From the NCBI GenBank assembly GCA_951406725.2, contig OX597817.1, forward strand, positions 43,958,001 to 44,022,000: a DNA stretch of 64,000 bases. Direction: 5' to 3'. The notes under the pieces were generated by a model. It did not search any database. It was not told the origin of the DNA and was given only the letters and a program-made list of their open reading frames with translations. The DNA comes from Octopus vulgaris (taxonomy: Eukaryota). The position numbers were made by a program, and so were the translations under genes. Positions 1 to 13,300 of the stretch are shown here, in pieces (position 1 is the first letter of the stretch; every line of letters starts with the position of its first letter).

Positions 1-309
1 TCTTGCACCTTGAGGGCTTGCTTTGGCATTTCATCACAACAATTTTACCTTCTTCCCAACAACTTCCACCGTTATACAATGCAGAGTAGTCATTTATCTT
101 CCTTCCCCATAGCAAGACATTGTGCTTGTCCTGCTATCATACCTTCATCTGCAATACATGATATAACCCAGCTCCCCACTCTCAAATATTTCATCCAATT
201 AACCAAAGGAGCTTTTCCATTCTCTTTTCTTGTTCTTTGCTTGCCTTGTAAGTTACTTGGCAACCACACTAGTGCTGATGGCAAGGAGAAGCATCCAGTA
301 CAAAATGTA

Positions 310-480
310 AAGTAGTTGGTGTTGGGAAGGGCATCCAGCTGTAGAAACTATGCCAAAGCTGACATTGGGGCATGATGCAGCCCTGTTACTTGCTGCATCC
401 TGTCAAATCATCCAACCTATGCCAGAATGGAAAATGGATGTTCATTGATGATGATGCTCATTGAAGATGATGATGATGAT
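310..480 (+). mobile_element. RTE 3'-end / SINE-like fragment ending in (GAT)n
   Basis: 'ggaagggcatccagctgtagaaac...ccaacctatgccagaatggaaaatggatgtt' followed by (gat)n; matches the 3' terminus of the RTE at about 13520-13683. Confidence 0.75.
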
Positions 481-919
481 ACATGCACGCACACACACAC
501 ACACACACACACATACACATTAGAAGGATGTAAATAAGTAGATATATAGATTTAATTTATAACTGTGTTTAACAAATTATATTTTGTTGGACTCTCAGTT
601 ATGGATTACATGTATTAACACTCAGACTTTTTCTGATTGACTTTTTTTTCATCCTAAGTAGATTAAGATATCCCATTGAACTTGCAACCCACTGCAATAT
701 GCACATACATACAAACACTAGCATAGCTAGAATGCATGCAGCTGGGGATGGCTCTTCTGTTTGCCACCCCCGGACCCTACAAAAACCACATATTGTCTAC
801 AATAGACCAAAAATTAGTGCCCCTTTAAAAGTTCCACGTGGGGCAGACTGCCCCTACTCCACTAGCTATGCTAGTGCATACAAACATGTATATATGAATG
901 TATGTGTGTGTATGTAGTC

Positions 920-1100
920 AATGATTAAATGACAACAACACCAAGCCTGTTTAGTGAGTAGGGTGGTCTTTGGACACCCTGCAGAATGAAAAACAAGACC
1001 CTTGAAAGAGTGGATGAACTTAGGAGAGCCAACAGCTATCCAACTGAGACTGCCTAACTGTTGTCAATAAACACTCTGATGTACAACCTGTGGTTTCACA
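920..1100 (+). mobile_element. Degenerate copy of the repeat at 28960-29515
   Basis: 'caccaagcctgtttagtgagtagggtgg..tggacaccctgcagaatgaaaaacaagaccc' aligns by eye to 29070-29160. Confidence 0.6.
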
Positions 1101-1419
1101 TGATTACTGGCTATCTAGCTTTGGTCTGTCACAGGTTAAAAATCACAGTGACTTAGAGAGTGGTACTTGAGTTGTTCAGGCATTTATCACTATAATCCAA
1201 TGATGCACAGATGTCTCTTTATAGTAACCTCATTTCTTATTCCATCTACTGCAAATTCTGTAGTGATGTAAGAATGACAATGTGTACAGGCTTAACCAGC
1301 TAGAAATACAGTTAAGCGGATTTGCAGTGAGTCTGAACAGTCATCTGAGAGGTCGTGGATGGAAAGACAGCAATGCTATTGATAATAAGAAAACAAAAAC
1401 AGACAGCAATCATCATATA

Positions 1420-1501
<82 letters not shown>

Positions 1502-1509
1502 AATTTGTG

Positions 1510-1722
1510 TACAAGTGGGTGCTGAAAAGTTCCTGACTTTTGGTAAAAGAAAATACAGTAGGATTATTCAATTATGATTTGATTGAACTTATTCCTCTCT
1601 CAGATTTACACACTTATTGCAGCAGTTATTCAGTTTTTCTAAACCCTGTAAAAGAACTTGGAAGGTTGGGCTTCCAACTGGGCCTTTTGTGATACCCTTA
1701 AACTTTCAGCACATCTTCATAT
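1510..1722. mobile_element. Mariner-type MITE (about 210 bp)
   Basis: Imperfect TIRs 'tacaagtgggtgctgaaaagttcc' and 'aaactttcagcacatcttcata' with TA ends. Confidence 0.6.
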
Positions 1723-1853
1723 ATGTGTGTGAGTATGTATATATATATATACATACACATGAATATACATGTGTGTGTGTGTATATATATATATACATAT
1801 ATATATGTATACACACATATATACATACATATATATACATATACATGTATATG

Positions 1854-1925
<72 letters not shown>
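1723..1925. repeat. Compound (TA)n/(CA)n/(TACA)n microsatellite
   Basis: Read directly from sequence. Confidence 0.95.
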
Positions 1926-1926
1926 A

Positions 1927-2255
1927 CTGACACTCTGTTGGTTACAATGTCAAGGGTTCTAGCTGATCTGATTAATGGAACAGCCTGCTCATGAAATTGA
2001 TGTGCATGTGGCTGAGCACTCTAAAGACGTGTATACTTAACGTAGTTCTCAGGGAGGTTCTGTGCAACATGGAGTGACAACATGACAAGGCTGGCCCTTT
2101 GAAATACAGCTACTACCCATTTTTGCCAGCCGAAGGAACTGGAACAATTTGAAATAAAGTGTCTTGCTGAAGGATATAACATGTCACCAGGAATTGAACT
2201 TACAACCTTACGATCTTGAGCCAAATACTCTAACTACTAAGCCACACACTTTCAC
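1927..2255 (-). mobile_element. tRNA-derived SINE
   Basis: Minus-strand head 'tggcttagtagttagag...gttcaattcc' (A/B boxes); body shared with 33115-33430. Confidence 0.8.
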
Positions 2256-3415
2256 AACAATATTTTAACACAAATGATAATTAAATGTTGAAGTGATGCT
2301 AATGGTTTTTGTGTGTTCATGAATGGCTTACAATTATTTTCCCTTCATGCTGCAATTGTTTTTGTTTCAGTACACAATCTAAGATCAAGTCACTTGCTAT
2401 GCAAGTACATCTCCATATATATATACACATATATATATAAAATCCTCATCATCACCATTGTTTTATTCTCTACTTTTTTATGCATGCATACATGGATCAG
2501 TCAGACAAGAGTATGATGGGGTAGAGATTTCTAAAGCTGAGCTGAAAGCCCCTCTTGATGCCAAACCCTACTTGTTTTCAAGCAAAGTAATAATCTTCCA
2601 ATTTCTTAAACAAACACTCTGGGTATGATTATGCAGAAAACTGGAAACAAGTGACTCAATATTATGTTGAAGATTTAACTTGGTCAGGTATGAAATCGGG
2701 TATATTATATGAATTCTATCTTGATTCATAATTGCAACAATACTTTTTGTACGTGTAAAGAAGAATAGCAGATGTGACTATTACGTTAATGTATGATGGC
2801 AAAATACTTTCTGTTACATTCTTAAAGCATTCATGCAGCAGTATACCAATAAGGTTAATAGTGCCAAATATGAATGAAGAGTAATTTGTACAACCCTTAT
2901 TAATTGAATGCATGGTTTTAGTGCATTGTACATAAAACATTAAATGCTTTGTATGTTAATGATATTGCCATTACACATATGTAGGTCACTGGCTTCCTGA
3001 AGAGACACTAGATTATATAATTCAGAGGAGAGAACTAATATCAAAAATTGCACAGATACTTAAAATAGATAAAACTGGTTTTGGTTAGGTATATACCAAA
3101 CCATCTAAAAATAAGATTAGGAAGCTTTCAGCTGTAAAGGATATTTAATTGAAAGAAACTTCTTTTAAAAGCAAACTATAGATATAATCATTTTCAAACC
3201 AACTGAAATGTTCCAGTAGACTTTAAGAATTTCAATAAAATTCATAACATGTTATCACCACACATCAGACATTGACTTCAAAACTAATCATAATTTTCAA
3301 TGCTTAATCAGATTTTATAGATAGATATGTTATAATCTTAGGGCTAAGTCATTTCATCATGATCATCTTGTATAAACATGATGTATAAACTTTCCACAGT
3401 TTTTTTTTTTTAACA

Positions 3416-3635
3416 GGTTGGGTGTACAGTCATGAATTAACTTAAGGTAGGAGTCCTCCAGGGCTCAGTTCTCAGTCCCCTTTTATTTATCACAGTCCTC
3501 TAGTCATAATAGAAGCATTTGAGATCAGCTGCTATTGGGAAGTTGTATATAACCAGATGTCCTAATTCTTAAAGCTGAATTGTAGTAGGATAAGGAAGAG
3601 ATTTAAGACATGGAAGTAAAGCCTAGAATCAAATG
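3416..3635 (+). mobile_element. Decayed RTE RT fragment
   Basis: 'gtaggagtcctccagggctcagttctcagtccccttttatttatc' encodes a GVxQGSVLSPLLF-like motif, homologous to about 11930-12145. Confidence 0.7.
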
Positions 3636-3769
3636 TGCAAAGAATATGTTGTTAGAAACAAGAATGTGTGGGGATGTCTTGAAGAGGAAATTAGGCAAAG
3701 GGCCCCATTGTGCATGTATATACACACACAACACTTCCAGGACTCAGTTTCGCAAAAGTTGTTGGGTTT

Positions 3770-4765
3770 TCTTGAAAACTGCATACTGCCAGTTATCCTA
3801 GTTCTCATCATCTTCTTCATCAAGTTCAAAGTCCCGAGACCAACATTCACCACTTCATCCCATGTCTTTCTGGTTCTCCTCCTTCTGCAAGCTCCAAAAA
3901 CATTAAGTGAATAGCACTTCTTTACACAACTGTTTTCACTCGTATGCATCACATGTCTGTATCAGAGCAGTCTTCTTTCTTGCACACTACTTCTGATTCC
4001 TACATACCCATTTTCTTCTCAGCACATTTCTACACTGTCTTTCATGCACATTTATATTGCACCTCCAATTGAGCATGCTTGCTTAATTTCTCTCCCATCT
4101 TTTGAAGTCCTCAACATTTAAGGCCCATGATTCACTACCATGCAATGTCTCACTTCTAAGTGTCATACAATCTGCCCTTCATTTTGAGAGAAAATATTTT
4201 TGTTGACAGCAATGGTAGTAGTTACTTGAACTTTCTGAAACATGTTCTTACTCTGGCTTCTATATTTCCAGAGCAACTAACTCTTTTACTAACTACATCT
4301 TCTAAGTAACAAAGCTATCAACTACTTCCTCATTCAGGCATTTATTAGAGTCTATTTCCACTGAGTATACACTGCTCCAGCACACAGATCACAAATGAAG
4401 CTTACATTCTCTGTTAGCCCTCCTGTGACTCCACTAAATTTCGTGTTGGTCCATTGCTTACATTAGGTACAGTGTACAGAATTTGCACCTATTCTTTTTC
4501 TGCATGTTGAGTAAGGCCCTTTCTCTGAAGATAAAGTTGTCTTATTTCCTACCTATTAAAACCTTCATCTTTGTTAAGATTACCTTCAGATCTCTTAATT
4601 CTAAGTATAGCTTCCATGCCAAGAATTTCCTCTCTAATTTTCCTATGGATTCAAATATGAGAACTAGATCATCAGCCTGCACAAGCTGTTTGTCTACACA
4701 TAGTTTCCTTCATGACCACCAAGCTACTAAACATGGTATCCTGTCAAATACATTTTCCAAATCAA
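3770..4765 (-). mobile_element. Decayed RTE LINE, RT to C-terminus
   Basis: Minus ORF 3629-3952 contains 'SCVKKC...RKTWDEVV', homologous to 12830-13000; ADDL-like motif near 4670. Confidence 0.8.
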
Positions 4766-4864
4766 TGAATATTTCTGCTGCAGTTGCCTTACTAGGAAGA
4801 TTGCATCTGTGGTACCTCTTCCTGGCATGAAGGCAAAATGCATCTAATCTGGGTCTACTCTGCT

Positions 4865-5612
4865 AATGATTATGCTCGAATGGTGCTTTTTACATGCTAC
4901 TGGCATGGGAGTCAATCAGCAGCAATGGCAACGATCATGCTTGGATGGTGCTCTTAATGTTCCATCAGCACAGATGCCAGTCAGGTAGTGCTGTTATCAG
5001 CCATGTCAGCGAATTTGATTTCGATTTCACTTGCCTCAACAGGTCTTTGCAAGCAGAGTTTAGTATCCAATGAAAGAAAGGTACACATAAGTGAGCTGGT
5101 TACATCACTGGCATAGGCCACAGGTTATGGTCTCACTTGGCTTGCCAGGTCTTCTCAAGCACAGCATATTTCCAAAGGTCTCAGTCACTAGTCATTGTCT
5201 TGGTGAGGCCTAATGTTCAAAGGGTGTGCTTCACCACCTCATCCCAAGTCTTCCTGGGTCTAATTCTTCCACAGGTTCACTCAACCGTAGAATGTGACAC
5301 TTTTTCACGCAGCTATCCTCATCCATTCTCATCACATGACCATACCAGCACAGCTGTCTCTCTTGCACACCACATCTGATAGCCCAACTTTTCTCTCGAG
5401 GCACTTACACTGTCGTGTATGCACACTGACATTACACATCCAGCAGAGCATACTGGCTTCATTCCTTGCAAGCTTATGCATGTCCTTGGCAGTCACAGCC
5501 CATGTTTCACTGCCATGTAGCATGGCTATTCATACATATGCATCATACAGTTTACTTTTTACTCTGAGCGAGAGGCCTTTGTCACCAGCAGAGGTAGGAG
5601 CTCTCTGAACTT
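4865..5612 (-). mobile_element. RTE LINE 3' fragment (C-terminal ORF plus 3' UTR)
   Basis: ORF 5332-5523 'MLHGSETWAVTAKDMHKLARNEASML' is nearly identical to 12614-12871; UTR matches about 13020-13330. Confidence 0.9.
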
Positions 5613-5632
5613 AGCCCAGACTATTCTTATTC

Positions 5633-5668
<36 letters not shown>

Positions 5669-5841
5669 GAATATAGATATAGATATATATATATATATAT
5701 ATATATATGCATACATGCATACAAACATATAAATATATATGTATATGTATATACACACATATATATACATACATACATGCATACATACATACATACATAC
5801 ATACACACACACATACATACATATATAATATATAAATATCA

Positions 5842-6080
5842 CTCTAACAGTGGAGAAAACCTGTGGAAGAGGTAGACCCAGGAAGACATGGGATGAAGTG
5901 GTGAAGCATGACCTTCGAACGTTGGGCCTCACAGAGGCAATGACAAGTGACCGAAACTTTTAGAGATATGCTGTGCTTGAGAAGACCCAAGCAAGCCAAG
6001 TGAAACTGTAATCGTGGCCTATGCCATTGTAGCATAACCGGACCATTTAAGAGTACCCTTCAATCATAGGGCAATAAACT
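5842..6080 (+). mobile_element. RTE LINE C-terminal fragment
   Basis: 'ggaagaggtagacccaggaagacatgggatgaagtggtgaagcatgacc' (GRGRPRKTWDEVVKHD). Confidence 0.85.
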
Positions 6081-6129
6081 TCAAGAAATTTGCTGGATCT
6101 TTGTACGATTTAATAAATTTTTTTATGGA

Positions 6130-6860
6130 TTCTGTTATTTTTGTGGTCACCCTGTACTAAGTCTGCAAAATGACTTGTATGCAATATATATAAACAGACT
6201 GATGAAAATAACATACAGTTCAATCCTGTTAAGTTTCAAGCACTCCCCCATCCGCCCACAAACAGACTACAATCGGAATGCATAGGACCAGGGAGCAGTG
6301 TGATCCCAGAGTTAGAATTGATGATGATCTGGGAATCCATATGAATAATGGTGCAACATTCTATGAGTATATTACCAAGATGGCAACATTGTGCAGACAA
6401 GTAGCTGGATGGATCCTTAGATCATTCAGAACCAGAAATATGGATACCTTGCTACTTCCATGGTGGACATTCGTTCACAGTCATCTGCATTACAGCTCCC
6501 AACTGTGGTCACTGCAGAGAATCAAATTGGTGGCAGAACTTGAGACAATCCAGCACCATTACACAAAGAAGATTGACTCAGTGACACAGATGAGCTACTG
6601 GAAGAGGCTGCAAGAACTGAAGCTCTACTCCCTGGAGAGAAGGTGAGAAAGGTAAGCAATGAGATACATATGCAGTGATATACATATGAAAGTTCTTCAT
6701 GCTGGGCTAGAAGAATGCCTAGCTCCCTTTTGGAGACATCTACATTATGTAGGTTTCTTAATTTTTGAGGCAGGGCATTGAACCCTAAGCTATTGCTGTA
6801 CCTGGTCTGGAAATTAGATGGAGTGGAAGGTACTTTTGGTACAATACAACATCTAATTAA
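6130..6860 (+). mobile_element. CR1/L2-group LINE fragment; its downstream part (6690-6860) is inverted
   Basis: ORF 6278-6646 'AGWILRSFRTR...SYWKRLQELKLYSLERR'; minus-strand 'LPQKLRNLHNVDV' matches the 29574-29840 family. Confidence 0.8.
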
Positions 6861-7303
6861 GGTATTTGTATAGCACTCAATGCTGAAACTAGTTCTTTCC
6901 CTTCCAGAATTATCCATATGCAGATTATTATATGTCTGGTATGTATTCATTCCAGGGAGTAAAGTCATAGTCTTTAGAGCATCTCTCTGTAGCTCATCTG
7001 CTGCACTATCACAATATTTTTAGTGTAGTGATGTTGGACCACTTCTAGCAGTAGTCCAGGTGGCTGAAAACAAAGAACCTCTACAGGGTCAACATAACAT
7101 CTTGATCTTTTGTCTTGACGGATCTTACTATCCAACCTGCCAGTTGCATGCACTTTGCTGTCATCTTGGTAATGTGGAGCCCTGAGTTACTGTGACTCTG
7201 AGATTACAGTGTTTTCAGATCCTGTGTATGCAGGCTGCAGTACATTTATGTGCTGAAAACATGATGCTTAAAATTTTCCAGCATTAAACTGCTGGAATAT
7301 ATA

Positions 7304-8484
7304 TGAGGGGGTACCCAAAACTAACTGGAAATGTCCTCTGTGGGGCAAGTCAGTTGCTAGAATCCACTTGATGCAACTCTTTGTTCATTGATTTTTGCAA
7401 TAGCGGAAAATTCTGTTTTCTGCTGTGGAAAGCGGTGGCCAGAACAGTTGTCATGCTTCAAACAGCTTACAAGGATGCTATCAAGAGCAAAACACAAGTT
7501 TACAAGTGGTTTTCAAACTTTAGGAATGGTCACTTGTTGCTTGAAGACCAACCTCATTCAGGGTGAGCGTTCAACTCCTGAATGAAAGAGAACTTCACGA
7601 AAATTCATGAACTGATCTTGGAGGACTGTTGCTGAATAATTGACGAACTTGTTGATATGATGTACATGCCCTGGAGCTCCTGCCAAAGAGTGAGGAATTG
7701 CAAATGAAGAGTTACTGCAAAATTTGTGCCTCACTTGCTCACAGAATATCAAAAGCAGTCTTGACTGAATGTATGTCATGAACTGAAAGAACAGTTGGAA
7801 GTCGATCCAGACCTTTCTTTGAAGGTCATCACTGGTGATGAAAGCTGGTGCTATGGCTACATCCTGGAAATGAAGCAGCAATCAAGTCAATGAAAGCATT
7901 CAATGTCACCACACTCCAAGAAAGTGTGTTAAGTGAAGTCCAATGTCAAAAGGATATTGATTTGTTTCATCAATGTGAAAGGAATTGTCCACACAGAATT
8001 TGTTCCTTCTGATCAAACTGTAAACCAGACATTGTATTTGGCAGTTCTGGAGCATTTGCAAAATATGGTGAAATGAAAGTGCCCTGACTTGTGGCAAAGT
8101 AGAAAGTGGTGGTTTCATTATGACAATGCGCCTGCCACCTGCACACATTGCCTTGAGTGTGAGACAGTTTTTGACTAAAAATGGCATGACCCCACTTACC
8201 CACCCTCCCTCCCTATTCATACAATCTTGCTCTGTGCAACTTTTTTTTGTTACTCCAAATGAAAAAAGTCCATAAAGAAGAATGTTTTGCAAATGTGGAA
8301 GAAGTGAAGAATAAAACAACGGTGTTAAAAGGCATCACTTCACAAGAGTTCCAGGACTGCTTCAAATGGTGGAAAACACATTTGGACAAATGCATTGCTT
8401 TGAAGGTGATAAAAGTGTAAACATGTAAAGCTAAGTGAATAAAATAATATTGCAAAATTCTGGATTCTTTTGTGTATACCTTAG
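7304..8484 (+). mobile_element. Mariner (DD34D) DNA transposon fossil, transposase pseudogene
   Basis: HTH-region 'SKTQVYKWFSNF', 'ITGDESWCYGY' (about 7828), 'HYDNAP' (about 8117), degenerate YSPDLAP; decayed TIRs flanked by TA; many stops and frameshifts. Confidence 0.9.
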
Positions 8485-8654
8485 TATATATGATTGATTG
8501 ATTGATTCTAGTTTCAGCTCACGAGCTGTGGCCATGCTGGGGCACCGCCATTTGTATATACATAAATGTTAAGGATTGCGATGCAATCAATTCATTTACT
8601 GTGTTATATGAGCAAAGGTTTCTTATCTTGTATATATGTATATATATATATATA

Positions 8655-8980
8655 AGGTGGCTCCGTCGGTGGCACGTAAAAGCTCCATCCGTTCGTGTCC
8701 GTTGCCAGCATCGCCTGGCCCCGTGCCGGTGACACGTAAAAGCACCATCCGTTCGTGGCTGTTCGCCAGCTCTGTCTGGCATCTGTGCAGGTGGCACGTA
8801 AAAAACACCCACTACACTCGCGGATTGGTTGGCGTTAGGAAGGGCATCCAGCCGTAGAAACACTGCCAGATCTGACTGGGCCTGACGAAGCCTTCCAGCT
8901 TCACAGACCCCAGTTGACCCGTCCAACCCATGCTAGCATGGAAAGCGGACGCTAAACGATGATGATGATGATGATGATGA
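8655..8980 (+). mobile_element. 5'-truncated RTE 3' UTR / RTE-tail SINE, CpG-rich (probably young), (GAT)n tail
   Basis: Repeated 'ggcacgtaaaagc(a/t)ccatccgttcgtg' modules, then 'ttggcgttaggaagggcatccagccgtagaaac...catgctagcatggaaagcggacgctaaacgatgat'. Confidence 0.85.
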
Positions 8981-9232
8981 AGGTGAGTTATTATACCAGT
9001 AAAATTAACACACACACTGGTTTCATTCCACTCCTTTGTTATTAATCAGTTGGTTAAATATCCAACTTACTAATCAATTGTTTGTTTATCTTGGTAAAAC
9101 AGTTAATCATTTGTTTTGTTTTTATTTGTCAAAGCGTTTTTGTTGCTACTTGCAACCTTTCCAATGACTTTCACCTTTGTCCATTACAGAGTCTTCTTTT
9201 GTCTGCTTGCAGCCTTGTTGCATGTATGTGTG

Positions 9233-9269
<37 letters not shown>

Positions 9270-9290
9270 TACTTAAATATATTTATATAC

Positions 9291-9352
<62 letters not shown>

Positions 9353-9397
9353 CATATATATACAAACACACATATATGTATATATATATATACATAT

Positions 9398-9870
9398 CAG
9401 GCATTTGCCATATTCTGAACGCCTTACTTCCCTGGGCATGGACACATTGAAACTATGATGTCTGGCAGCTGACTTGGCAGACACCCATAAAATTATTAAC
9501 CATCTTACAAACAATAACTCTGAGCACTTTTTAAAACTCCACCTGTCTAACACCCGTGGACATGTTTATAAAGTCAGAAAACAGTACAGCTCCCATGACT
9601 TTCGGAAACATTTTATCACGCTAAGAGTTGCTGAAGCATGGAACAGACTGCCGGCATCAGTTGTTAGTTGTCGGAGCACTGCATCCTTCAAAACTTCCAT
9701 GCTTCCTGAGATTTGCCAACACTACACCTGATTTCCCCCCCTCCATACACATGCAAGCATGTATCTGACTCATACACTGTTCGATTTCCAGACTTTTGTA
9801 CATTACTGCATATACTTTATATGCACTTTTGACAAGTTGTGGTGCACCTGAGCACTGTATACAATAATTT
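9398..9870 (+). mobile_element. CR1-clade LINE 3' end
   Basis: '[15 protein letters not shown]', '[13 protein letters not shown]...FITLRVAEAWNRLP' are typical CR1 C-terminal motifs. Confidence 0.85.
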
Positions 9871-9934
9871 CATTATTATATATTATATATAATATATAAA
9901 TATATATGTATATATATGTATATAAACATATATA

Positions 9935-9978
<44 letters not shown>

Positions 9979-10129
9979 TAAGCAATAATAAATCTTTGAA
10001 CAAGGTATAAACTGCACAACAGTGTGAAGTATATTTGCCACTTAAATGTGGCTAACCACTAAGGGTAGATGCTACTGTAGCTTGTAGCCCCAGGGGAATC
10101 TTCTCCATCTTGCTATTGACACACTTTCT

Positions 10130-10385
10130 GTGCCCTATCAGTATTTGCAAATGGAAGCAGATTGGAAATCAATTCAAAAAGAGATCCTCAGACAAGACTT
10201 GCCGAAATGTCTCTCCACACCAGACATTGGCATGGAACTAGAATATTTCATGTTTGTTATGCAAACCATATGCCAGAAATATGTCCCAGAGCACAAGGCC
10301 AAAACAAATAGGAAGAAGATTCCAAGGGAGAGGAAGATCCTCATGAGATGATGGACAAAGTTTGTAAATCGCCTCATCCAACGAT
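10130..10385 (+). mobile_element. LINE ORF2 linker fragment (probably CR1/L2 group)
   Basis: 'ADWKSIQKEILRQDLPKCL...ICQKYVP' resembles the post-endonuclease linker. Confidence 0.5.
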
Positions 10386-10388
10386 TCT

Positions 10389-13300
10389 ATGACACCCTCT
10401 TGCAGACTACCTCGTTGACGAATGACAGGGACCTTCTCTTTGTGGCTGGTGACTTCAATGGATATGTTGGATGACATGTTGGGGGCTTCCATGGCATACA
10501 TGGAGCTATGGTTTTGGCTCTCACAATGAGGAGGGAACCAGGCTGCTGGAGTTCTGTGATGCAAATGATTTTATGGTCTGCAATACTAACTTCAGAAAAC
10601 CTGCAGGTCACCCAGTCAAATTGACTACATCCTCACCAGAAAAAGGGAAAGATGGCTGCTTATAAATGCCAAAACCTTCCCAGGCAAACAATGTACCCTA
10701 CAACATAGACTGGTAGTTAGAGACTTCAGGATCAGGGCTAAATGGATGCTTAAAAGACGACCAGCAAGAAGAAGAAGGGTCTGGAGACTTAAAGATCCTG
10801 CAAACGGACAGAGATTTAGAGACATATTAATCGAAGCCTTTGATGAAATAGAAGGAGATATAGCATCACATGATATAGAAGACAACTGGAGGTTTCTATG
10901 GGACAACCTGCTAAGGGCCACTGACTAGATCTATGGATGGTGCAAAGTCCCCTCTCAATCCAAAATATCATGGTGGTGGAACAATGTTGTTGACAGGGCT
11001 AATAGAGAAAAGGAACAGGCTTGGAAGGACTGGAAGAACAGTGGTAGCGGGGAATTGTATCAGGCTGCCAGAGGGGAAGGCAGGAGGCAGGTTTATTTAG
11101 CCAGAGGGGAAGCAGATAAGAAAAGATTTGCCAATGTTCTGCGCCGTGATGACCAAAGACTTGAGGTATTTCGTGTTGCAAGACAGTGTGTGAGAGAGAA
11201 TCGTGATGTTGTTGGAGAGAAATGTGTTCACATGGATGATGGTTCACTTACGCTAAATGAGGCTGCAAAGAGAGAGATTTGGAGACGCCACTATGAAAAG
11301 TTACTGAATAAAGAAAATGAATGGGAGAAAGAGAGTCTGCTGAATGTCGACCCAACAGAAGGACCAGCTATCCGAGTTGACAGTACCTTTGTAGATAAAG
11401 CAATTAAAAGTATGAAGGCAGGGAAAGCCTCCGGCCCATCAGGAATTACTGCAGAGATGCTCAAAATATCTGGCAGTATCGGCTATAGCCTAGTCACCGC
11501 ATAGTTAACCAGGTGATACACGAAGGAGTCATACCCAATGACTGGTGTAGCAGCATAATAGTCAACTGCTATAAAGATAAAGGTGACGCTTTGGATACAA
11601 ATAATTACAGAGGTATCAAGCTGTTGGATCAGGTATTGAAGGTCTCTTAGAGGGTCATAGCCCAACTAATTAGGGAGAGAGTCAGTTTGGATGAGATGCA
11701 GTTTGGTTTCATGCCAGGGAAAAAGCACCACTGATGCTATATTTCTGGTAAGACAGCTGCAGGAAAATACCTAGCCAAAGATAAGCCCCTATACCTGGCT
11801 TTCATTGACATGGAGAAAGCATTGACCACTGATCCCTTATCTGGTGGTCAATGAGGAAACTAGTGATAGATGAATAGTTAGTGAGAGCTGTGCAAGCCAT
11901 GTACAGAGATGCTGTCAGTAAGGTGAGGGTTGGCAACGAGTACACTGAAGAATTCAGGGTAGAGGTAGGGATCCACCAAGGGTCAGTCCTCAGGCCCCTC
12001 CTATTTATCATAGGTAATAATGGATGAATTCAAGACATGATGCCCCTGGGAGCTCCTCTATGCTGATGACCTTGCTCTAATTGCTGAGGCACTATCAGAG
12101 CTAGAGGAGAAGTTTCAAGTGTGGAAACAAGGATTGGAATCGAAGGGCCTTAGAGGCAACCTAGCTAAAACCAAAGTCCTAATAAGTAGGAAGGCAGGCA
12201 AACCACAAATCCCTTCAGGTAGATGGCCCTGCTCGATCTGTAGTAGAGGGGTAGGTAGAAACTCTATAAGATGTACCCAGTGTAAGCTATGGACACATAA
12301 GAGGTGCAGTAATATCAAAGGAAGGCTAACTGGGAAGATAGTTTTTGTATGTGGCAGATGCTCGGGAGTAATAAACACTAAAAATGCACAGAGATCAACT
12401 TCTGCCACATTCCAGGGATAAAAACTAGAAGTAGTTGATAGCTTCCGTTACCTAGATGACCAAGTCAGTAGCGGGGGAGGGTGCGCTGAAAGTGTAGCTG
12501 CTAGAATAAGAATAGTTTGGGCAAAGTTCAGATAGCTCTTACCTCTGCTGGTGACAAAGGGCCTCTCGCTCAGAGTAAAAGGTAGATTGTATGACGCATG
12601 TGTATGAACAGCCATGCTACATGGCAGTGAAACATGGGCTGTGATTGCTGAGGACATGTGTAAGCTCGCAAGGAATGAAGCCAGTATGATCCAATGGATA
12701 TGTAATGTCAGACTGCATACTCAACAGAGTGTAAGCACCCTGAGAGAAAAGTTGGATCTAAGAAGCAGCAGATGTGGTTTGCAAGAGAGACGACTGTGGT
12801 GGTATGGTCATGTGGTGAGAATGGATGAAGATAGCTGTGTGAAAAAGTACCACAGCCTAGCAGTTGAGTGAACCTGTGAAAGAGGTACACCCAGGAAGAC
12901 CTGGGATGAAGTGGTGAAGCACGACCTTCGAACTTTAGGCCTCACCAAGGAAATGACTAGTGACAGAAACGTTTGGAAATATGCTGTGCTTCAGAAGACC
13001 TGGCAAGCCAAATGAGACCATAACCTTGTGGCCTATGCCAGGGGCATAACCAGCCCACTTATGTGTACCTTTTCCTTCTTTGGACACTAAACTCTGCTTG
13101 CGAAGACCTGTTGAGGCAAGTGAAATAAAAATCAAAATCAAAATCAAATTCGATGACTGGCATCTGTAGTAGTGGGGTGCAAAAGCACCATACGAGTGTG
13201 ATCATTGACACAGTGGCTTACTGGCTTCTGTGCCAGTGGCAGATAAAAGGCACCATTCGAGTGTGATCATTACCAGTGTCGCCTTACTGGCACTTGAACT

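Noticed and set aside
6130-6860. Twin-priming 5' inversion of a LINE
   Set aside because: The inverted piece is the downstream part with its 3' end facing inward, which is not twin-priming geometry; more likely a later rearrangement or separate fragments.
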